Source: Eledone cirrhosa (taxonomy: Eukaryota). From it: 64,000 nucleotides of DNA. Position 1 is the stretch's first letter, and every line of letters begins with the position of its first letter. The notes beneath the pieces are model-generated. The model saw only the letters and a list, made by a program, of their open reading frames with translations. It was not told where the DNA came from and did not search any database. The DNA is taken from positions 230,206,001 to 230,270,000 of the forward strand of contig OZ024743.1 of NCBI GenBank assembly GCA_964016885.1, read 5' to 3'. Positions 54,470 through 64,000 of this stretch are shown here, one piece after another. The position numbers and the translations under genes were made by a program.

Positions 54470-57400
54470 GCGAAGTCTTACAAATCAGTGTTTGGGCACG
54501 ATGGCCCACTCGAACAGAGAGTTATTGTTTACGGAGGCATATCCGGGTGTAGGAGGCTTATCAGGGATTTCTTGAAGGAATTTATCCAAAGATTTCTTGA
54601 ACTTGATGGGGTCTGTCTCTGCTTTGATGTGTTTTGGTGTAATGTTAAAGAGTGCAGGGCCAATTGAGGTGAATTATTTGTGCCGTATTGTTGTTATGAG
54701 ATGCGAGTGAGATTTTGGTCGTGGGTGGATGGCACGAGGCCCAAGACTTGGGTGTACATTAAAGGTGATGCCAACATCATTTGGGCAAAGCTGATGGTAT
54801 ATTTTCCACATCATACAGATAATGTAGCGCTCACGGCGACGTTGGAGAAAATAAAGGTTGAGCTTTTCTAATCGAATCTAATAGCCAAGGCCTGTCATGC
54901 CATCTATCTTTTTTGTAATTGACCTTTCGGGTGTTTCAAATGTCATGATACTTTGTTTCGTGTGGGGTGACCACAGTGGACAACAGTATTCAAGGTGGGG
55001 TCGGGCAAAAGTGGAGAAGATAAGGATAACAGTGTAGATATCTCTCGACTGGAAAGTTCTGAGAATCCAGGAACACATTCTGAGGGCCATATCAACTTTG
55101 CTGTTTATATGAGTGGCCCCGCTTATGTTGTTGTCCACAATTACTCCCATGTCTCTGATGTTATTGGATGCCACTAGAGATTCACCCGAAGGAAGAGAGT
55201 TTCAGGGAAACCTTTTTTCCAAAGTTGATTAATTCAAACTTATCCTCATTCAACAGCATATTATTCATTTCTGCCCATTGGATAACAGCCAGTAGGTCTG
55301 ACTGAAGGCAAGTCCGGTCACCCACCTCATTGATGACCCTTTGGAGCTTGGAATTATCTGCGAAGATTCTTATGTCGCTGTGCATGATGATGTCAGTAAT
55401 GTCATTAATGTAGATGATGAAAAGAAGTGGGCCCAACAGAGTGCCTTGTGGGACATCACTGCTGACTTTGGCAGGACATGATATTACTCCTTCGACTACA
55501 ACATGCTGGGTTCTGCCTGTCAGGAAAGATTTGATCCACTGTAGTAACCTTCCAGAGACACCAACATTGGATAGTTTTTTCAGTAGAATCTTATGATCAA
55601 CCCTGGCTAAGGCCTTGCTGAAATCAAGGTAGATGACATCAGTGTTGGAGCCCTCTCCCAAGGCTTTCAAAACATCGTCAAATTGATGCAGGTGCTGCGT
55701 TAGGCCTCCCTTCCATTACGGAACCCATGTTGGTTGGAGTTCAGCAGGCCGTGCTTTCAAGTAAGTGGGTTATTCGTGATCTTACCACCCTCTCAAATAC
55801 CTTGATAAAATGAGAGGTGAGTGAGATCGGACGGTAGTTCACTGCAAGGGACTTATTTCCCTTTTTGAAGACTGGGACAACGGACTGGGACAGAAAGTTT
55901 TCAGGAATATTGCCAGTGTCCAGTGAGTTCCTCCAAAGATTAGCAAGAGGAGATGCAAGTTGGTGTCGACACACCTCCAGGACACAAGCAGGGAACCTGT
56001 CGGGGCCTACTGCTGAATTGTGTTTAATTTCGTTTATTGCCGCTAAGACATCAGGTCCGCCAACAGTTATGTCTGATATAGTGTGTTGGGGATTAACATC
56101 GCTGATACGGCCCAGATCAGCCATATCAGGATTGCTGAAAACAAAGCAGTATTGTTCCAGCAGTATCTCGCCCATGGTTTTGGCATAGTCTTGGAGTGTG
56201 ACATTTTCATCAACTAGGAGGCCAACAGTAGAGACGGAGACCTTGTGTTTTTTAGCAAATGAAAAGAACACTTTTGGGTTGAGTTTGATTTTCTCAATGG
56301 CCCACCTCTCTTCAGCTATTCTCTGGTTATTGATGATGGTCATCATGCATTGCTGGAGGTTATATTTTTTTGACTCAAGCAGAGCTTTAGCCATCGAGTG
56401 TGTGTGTTGCTGTTGGCAGTATTTTAGTGTGTTAATTTTTTTTCTTTGTTCTTTTTATTTTTCTGATAATTGTTTTTTCTGTTTTGGGGGATACTGTACT
56501 TGGTTTTGTTCACAGGTTTTGGTGGGGTGTGTTTTGTACATATATTTGTGACAGTATCTACAAACACCTGCCAAGATGTTTTGATGTTAGTGGAAGTGTG
56601 GGCGTGTGTAAAAGACCAGTCGACATGTGATAGTTCGTTCATAATTGCATCCCAGTTGGCATTGTAGAGATCGTGTTATCAAATGGGTGGGGTGGAAAGA
56701 GGATCTTGGGATTAGCTTTCGCCTGATAGAATCTCAGGTTACAAAGAACCATGTCATGGTCTGAGAGAAAGGGTTTTTTCCACTGTAATATAATGTATAG
56801 TGTTAGTGTGGTTACTAAACACTAGATCCACAATGTTCTTCGATGCCTCGTTGGTGCAAGGACAAGTTGGGACAAGATAAACTCATTCATGAAGTCAAAA
56901 AGTGACTCGACAGCTTCTTTGTCAGTGGTTGAGGTTGTGGTGCCTGGTTTCAAACTACATGTAGACCATCAAAAGTATGTTGCTAGAATGACACTGTTTA
57001 ATAAAGCATTTAATACTGTTGAGGCATTCTTTGAAGCAGATTATGGGTGTTTGTGGTGGCCTATAAAGCCCAACTAATGTCAGGTCATTGGCTTTATTGT
57101 GCACAGTAACTGATTCACGGTATCCATTAGAGAATGTTGTGTTACGATCTGCCGTAAAGGAATCATGCAGGAAAATGGCAGTTCCACCCTTCCTTCTGCC
57201 AACACGATCCGCAAGGATGGTTGTGAAATTTCTCACTCTTACTTTGGCCTCCAAGTAGGAGTTGTCAAGGTGGGTCTCAGTAAGAATGAAGAAAGGGATG
57301 TGAAATGGATGGTTACCAACCCAATCCTCATTGAATTGGATCTTTCATTTCTGTGCATTGATGGATGGGCTGATACCTTGTGTATTGAGTAAAAATGTGG

Positions 57401-58085
57401 AGGCTAATGTGGTGACTGGTTTTGACTGTTGCAGGGGGCTTGATTTGTGATTGTGTGTTAGTGACAGCAGGGATGGTGTTGGGTGATGGCTAAAATGTTT
57501 TTCTCTATCTCTTTTGCCAGGTTCATGGCTAAAAAAGAAAAGTTTTTTGTTCAGGGAGCAGTTTTTGATTGGATTTGTGGTTACACCATTGGATAGGGTT
57601 GCAGTTCCCTCTTTTGTAGTTGTTGTATTTGTTGTAATTGTGTCTTTGTGAAAACATTGGAGCATCATTACTTTTCTTGTTTTTGTTGTTGTAATCACTT
57701 CTTTGTGTGGAGACTGGAGCAGCATTACTGCAGCAGGGGGAGGCTTTATTGTGGTTTGTGGGTTGGCATGGAGCCCCTTTTCTGTTCGTGCGTTGTGTCC
57801 AGGAAGATGATTGAAGGGAAAGTCAGTCAGTAGACATAGCCTCTCACGCTGGGAATGTTGGCAGATTTTGGGACTGCGACCTATACGTGCGGGCAGCGTG
57901 CTTTGGTGTTGGCTGGCAGTGTTAGTGCGCCTAGTACCCGGTAAATGGGTAAATATACAGTCACTCCGTGTGCATAGCCTCTGACGTAGTGAGTAGTGGC
58001 ATATTTTGGGGTTTCTAGTTTGTGTAGTGGGGGGTGCATACAGATCCATAGATTTTTTTTTAAAGTTCTTTTGACTATGGCATGG
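54470..58085 (-). mobile_element. Decayed CR1-group LINE (CCCH ORF1 remnant, APE endonuclease, RT)
   Basis: Two C-x-C-x-C-x3-H-type fingers (second degenerate); DR..RKGGTAIF, GLYRPP; GPD, PVFKKG..NYRPISLTS, YLDFSKA, VPQGTLLGPLLF, FADN, RPHLEYC..WSP. Many disruptions. Confidence 0.88.
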
Positions 58086-58116
58086 CTGTATAGATATAAA
58101 CAAATATATATATATA

Positions 58117-61100
58117 ACGGCGATGAATTAGTTTTGCAAAGTTTTTTATATGAAATCGTGTGTCGAAACAAATATTGTTATATTTGGGGAGGATCATATT
58201 TGTGTATAATATTGCCAGAATTAATAACAGAAGACACTCACTGTTTTGTTGGTTTTCGCTTTTCGCTTCTGTGTCCTTTATATCGGTAATCTAATTTATT
58301 CGGTCCTCAATGTTGCCATTGACTGACCAAAGGTCAAAAATAATACAGATACAATATAGACACAAACACATATATATAGTTTATCAAAGTTCTTTCGTTG
58401 CACATCTTCAACATCGTCTGTGGTGCTATTGTTTCCTCCCGTTACATTGTACGTCTACGCCATCTTTATTTACTATGTTTATCTATTTATTTATTTATTT
58501 GTGTGTTTGTTTATTTTATTTTGTCTTCTTTGCGCATGCGTTTGCGTGTGTGTATAGTGTTTTGTTTGATGTGTGTTCGTGATTGGGTGACTGTGTATTG
58601 GTTAATGTATTCTATCTTTACTAGTGTGTGTTTATATGTGTTTGTTGTTATTGTGCTTGTGTATGTATTTATTTATTTATTTATCTATTTATTTATTTAT
58701 TTATACTTCTCTTAGGTCAGTGTTGTTTGTTTGGGTGTTGTTGTTATTCCATTCATTCTTTCTGTTTAGTCTTGGCCTTCTAAGTTCTATTTCACTGGCA
58801 TCTCTGATTTGCCTATCTGCTGGGTCATTTCTATGTATAGATATTATTCTAATTTCTATGTTGTCTATGTTACCGTCGTGTTGTTGTCTGGCATGTTCGT
58901 ATAGTACTGAACCGTTTTTTCGTCCTTTTAGTTCCCCCAGTGTTGGTCTATCCTTTCACTTATGCTACGAGCTGTCTCGCCTATGTATGTTGTTGTATGT
59001 TGTTGAATGCAATAGGCATTTCAATAAGAAATTAGAATGGATGAATAAGAAAAAACTACAAGAAAGGAAAATAGAATATTCTCAAAAATACCCAGATAAC
59101 ATCAACAATATCCGTATGACTGATGTAAAACTACCGGAAGAATTTACCAATGACCACATAAACGCTCACATGATGATGTGGACTGACATCCTAAAGCCAA
59201 GCAGACGCACTGCCAACAACTTCCAGGCGTCTAACAATGGCATACCACCCTTGTATGGGCTCCGCAAAGACCACAAGACAGTCGACGACCCGACAACAGG
59301 ACCACCAACAAGACCCGTATGTGGAGCTAATATAGCTAGCAACTACAGGATCTCCTACTTCCTCTCAATGGTTATACGCCCCATAATCAAGATCTCCCCA
59401 GATGTATGTGACAGTACAGAGGACCTCCTAAGAAGAATCAGTGAGTGCAACAAAAACAGGAACCTATCCAAATGCATAATAGGCAGCATATATGTTGTAT
59501 CACTTTACCCATCCATTAACATTGATTTTGCTGTGAAAAAATGTGAGATGATCATTGAGAGTGAGGTGGAGTTCTGAGACGTCGACACAGACGAACTGGG
59601 CCTCCTACTTAGACTTACCTACGTCACTGACTACCTAGACAGCCATGACCTTAGAGGTTTCTGCCCCAGTAGACACATAAGAAGTAGACCCCCCCCCCAC
59701 CCACCATAACCTCAATAGCAAAAAGGACTCCCATCGGAAGGTGGATTGGGGGGACCAAAGCTATACCGACCCCCCAAAACAAAGATCAGGTAAGAAAAAT
59801 GGTCGCACAAGCAATAGCGGCTAGTATCAAAACTACCCTAAAGGGCCACATATTCAAGTTCAACGAGAAGATCTACACCCAAAATGAGGGAGCAGCCATT
59901 GGCGTCAGCATAGCTGGTGATGTTGCCAACCTTTTTATGGTATGGTGGGAAAGGAGACTTAAATATCTCTTTAATGAGAGCTCCATAGACCTCATCATGT
60001 ACTCTCGTTACGTAGACGATATCAATATAGTTATAAGAACATCCCCACTAGAGAGCACTAACAAGTTTGATTTAGAACGTAGCACAATGGAAAGCATCCA
60101 GCAGATAGCTAATTCCATACACCAGAGTATAACTGTAACTATCGACTACCCTTCCAAACACCCTAACAATAGACTACCTGTATTAGACACGGAACTCTGG
60201 ATTAACACTATAGACGAGAGAGCCCAAATTCTCCACTCACACTATGCTAAACCCATGGCCTCCAAATACCTGATACTCAAAACCTCAGCAGTGTCCAGTA
60301 GTGCTAAGCTTAATATTCTGATCGCAGATTTGGTACGAGTGATGAAGAATGTGTCCCGCATGTGCGACCCAACAGAAATGGAAAGACACATCCAACACTT
60401 CATCAACCGCATGCAGTTCTCTGGCTACAACGAAAGAGACAGAGTCAGAGTATACGAAGGAGCCATGGGGAAGTATAAGACCCTCATAGAACTGGACATG
60501 AAAGGAATTTGCCCATTATACAGGAGCAAATCACGGAATAGCTTAGATAGGGCTAGACATAAGATAGTGAAAGCCATCTCATGTTACGACAACCAGAGAT
60601 ACCAGAGTGTCATGTTTGTGTACGCTACCCCTGGAGGGAAATTAGCTAACCAGTGTAGAAAGGCCCTGAGAAAGACCCACTTAAAGATTAAGGTGGTAGA
60701 AAAGACAGGAACCACCATAAACTCCCTGATCAGCAAAGCCTACCCTTTTAAGAAATCCCACTGTACCAATAGGAAATGTATCATATGTAAAGTAAACCCC
60801 CGGATAAACTGTAAAACTAGAAACGTAGTCTATAGCATAAGATGTACAGAGGGTACTTGCAGAAACATGACAACAACATACATAGGCGAGACAGCTCGTA
60901 GCATAGGTGAAAGAATAGACCAACACTGGGCGGAACTAAAAGGACGAAAAAACGGGTCAGCACTATACGAACATGCCAGACAACAACACGACGGTAACAT
61001 AGACAACGTAGAAATTAGAATAATATCTAAACATAAAAATGACCCAGCAGATAGGCAAATCAGAGAGGCCAGTGAAATAGAACTTAGAAAGCCAAGACTT

Positions 61101-61727
61101 AACAGAAAGAATGAATGGAATAACAACAACACCCAAACAAACAACACTGACCTAAGAGAAGTATAAATAAATAAATAAATAGATAAATAAATAAATAAAT
61201 AGATAAATAAATAAATAAATAGATAAATAAATAAATAAATACATACACAAGCACAATAACAACAAACACATATAAACACACACTAGTAAAGATAGAATAC
61301 ATTAACCAATACACAGTCACCCAATCACGAACACACATCAAACAAAACACTATACACACACGCAAACGCATGCGCAAAGAAGACAAAATAAAATAAATAA
61401 ACAAACAAATAAATAAATAAATATATAAACATACTAAATAAAGATGGCGTAGACATACAATCTAACGGGAGGAAACAATAGCACCACAGACGATGTTGCA
61501 GATGTGCAACGAAAGAACTTTGATAAACTATATATATGTGTTTGTGTCTATATTGTATCTGTATTATTTTTGACCTTTGGTCAGTCAATGGCAACATTGA
61601 GGACCGAGTAAGTTAGATTACCGATATAAAGGACACAGAAGCGAAAAGCGAAAACCAACCAGATAGTGAGTGTGTTCTGTTATTAATTCTGGCAATGTTA
61701 CACACAAATATGACCCTCCCCATGTAT

Positions 61728-61735
<8 letters not shown>
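58117..61735 (+). mobile_element. Penelope-like element (PLE2), relative of PLE1, with inverted 3' pseudo-LTR
   Basis: 58172-58996 is a reverse complement of 60870-61735. Shares the terminal motif atgaccctccc...taacaatat with PLE1; decayed hammerhead CAGACGA..GAAA at ~61482-61525. Confidence 0.92.
59150..61166 (+). pseudogene. PLE2 RT + GIY-YIG, disrupted
   Basis: Colinear with the PLE1 protein (LYGLRKDHK, RYVDD, YIGETARSIGER); stop at 59575 and frameshifts before 59799. Confidence 0.9.
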
Positions 61736-61804
<69 letters not shown>

Positions 61805-61806
<2 letters not shown>

Positions 61807-63437
61807 ATAATAAGGGCGCTGCAGAGTTGCAAATGGGTTACATATGAAAAAAGTTTGTCCTTCATCAGTGATCTTCCAACCATCATAGGCATTTCATCGC
61901 TTTAAAGATCATATACCTCCGGTTGGTGCGAGCAACGGCAAAAAAAAGTCGTTGGGACACGTAAATAAAGGGGACGCGAGTGTAAACAAACAAAATGGTG
62001 AAACAACAGAAAGTGAGGAAGAAGGAGACAAGTCCCAAATTTCTATGAATTTAAATTCGGTGAAATCGGGAACGAGAGAATAAAGACCATCAAACCTGGT
62101 TGAAATGTGAGCAAGGAAGGAATTTCGCGCACGGTCTAACGGGAGGAAGCAGGGGTCTTGTCTGCGAATTTGGTAAACATAAGTTCTGTGAAATCGTAGA
62201 CGAGAGAGAGAAAAAAATACCGACCAGCTTGGCCGAGCGTGCGAGAGAAAAGAATTACGCACAGGTCAAACGGGAAGAAAGAGGAGGAGGAGAGGTAGTG
62301 ACCGAAATGAGTGACTGAAGGGTGAGGAAGAGGCTAACAGAGAGAGAGACTGCTAGAAAGGGTAAAGATACATAGAACGAAAAAGACGCGTAGCAGCAGA
62401 GGAAAAGATATGTGTAAATATGATAATAAGGGCGCTGCGGAGTTGCAAATGGGTTACATATGAAAAAAGTTTGCCTTCATCAGTGATCTTCCAACCATCA
62501 TAGGCATTTCATCGCTTTAAAGACCATATACCTCCGGTTGGTGCGAGCAACGGCTAAAAAAAGTCGTTGGGACACGTAAATAAAGGGGATGCGAGTGTAA
62601 ACAAACAAAATGGCGAAGCAACAGAAAGTGAGGAAGAAGGAGTCAAGACCCAAATTTCTATTAATTAAAATTCGGTGGAATCGTGAACGAGAGAATAAAG
62701 ACCATCAAACCTGGTTGAAATGTGAGCAAGGAAGGAATTTCGCACAGGTCTAACGGGAGGAAGAAGGGGTCTGGTCTGCGAATTCGGTAAACATAAGTTC
62801 TGTGAAATCGTAGACGAGAGAGAGAAAAAATTCCGACCAGCTTGGCTGAGCTTGCGAGAGAAAAGAATTACGCACAGGTCAAACGGGAAGAAAGAGGAGG
62901 AGGAGAGGTAGTGACCGAAAATGAGTGACTGAAGGGTGAGGAAGAGGCTAACAGAGAGAGAGACTGCTAGAAAGGGTAAAGATACATAGAACGAAAAAGA
63001 CGCGTAGCAGCAGAGGAAAAAATATGTGTAAATATGATAATAAGGGCGCTGCAGAGTTGCAAATGGGTTACATATGAAAAAAGTTTGCCTTCATCAGTGA
63101 TCTTCCAACCATCATAGGCATTTCATCGCTTTAAAGACCATATACCTCCGGTTGGTGCGAGCAACGGCTAAAAAAAGTCGTTGGGACACGTAAATAAAGG
63201 GGATGCGAGTGTAAACAAACAAAATGGCGAAGCAACAGAAAGTGAGGAAGAAGGAGACAAGTCCCAAATTTCTATGAATTTAAATTCGGTGAAATCGTGA
63301 ACGAGAGAACAAAGACCATCAAACCTGGTTGAAATGTGAGCAAGGAAGGAATTTAGCACAGGTCTAACGGGACGAAGAAGGGGTCTGGTCTGCGAATTCG
63401 GTAAACATAAGTTCTGTGAAATCGTAGACGAGAGAGA

Positions 63438-63439
<2 letters not shown>
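61805..63439 (-). repeat. ~615-bp tandem repeat, ~2.65 diverged copies, in (TA)n
   Basis: Unit starts at 61805, 62421 and 63035; solo fragment at ~20935-21027; carries the permuted hammerhead-like motif. Confidence 0.85.
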
Positions 63440-63474
<35 letters not shown>

Positions 63475-63492
63475 TAGATGTCTGTATGTGTG

Positions 63493-63725
<233 letters not shown>

Positions 63726-64000
63726 GTGTATACGAGAGAGAGAGAGAGAGAGAGGCAAAATGGACGTTTGTCATATAAAGAAAGGAGAATACATCAATTC
63801 TACACACATCACGGAAACAAGACGCCAACAGATGTGTCTAAGCCATAGATAGATATTGGAGGGCGGTGCTGGTCCATCAAAATGTCACCTTTTCAAATGC
63901 TGTGTACAGTAGAATTAGATGCACGCATCCTACGCGCACAATCAATAAGGGTTCTCAATGCCAGAAATAATAGTTAAATCCCATTTAAGATTTAGTAAAA

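Noticed and set aside
59575-59577. In-frame TGA as selenocysteine (also 19927)
   Set aside because: It aligns to Arg in PLE1, and both copies have other disabling lesions.

Overview
AT-rich, microsatellite-dense animal DNA. An octopus/cephalopod origin is an inference from the SINE family and repeat content. No host exon can be supported; the window is mostly transposon sequence, much of it inserted into (TA)n. It holds two related Penelope-like retroelements (PLEs; RT + GIY-YIG) with inverted 3' duplications, one with an uninterrupted 1048-codon ORF, plus four further PLE fragments. It also holds CR1-group, CRE-like, R4/NeSL-like and RTE LINE remnants, a mariner remnant, a hAT-type MITE and tRNA-derived SINEs. 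The standout is a 5.65-kb array of near-identical 310-bp units (47113-52761). Each unit carries a minimal type I hammerhead ribozyme (18 copies), and the array flips orientation at ~49130. This fits a retrozyme-like circular RNA copied by rolling-circle reverse transcription. About 15 more hammerhead(-like) motifs occur elsewhere, including U3-A8 core variants, plus a possibly strand-permuted hammerhead. The PLEs, the array and several small non-coding elements share one architecture: two 3' ends facing outward into (TA)n, with one arm 30-65 nt longer. All structures were read by eye; no folding or searches were run.
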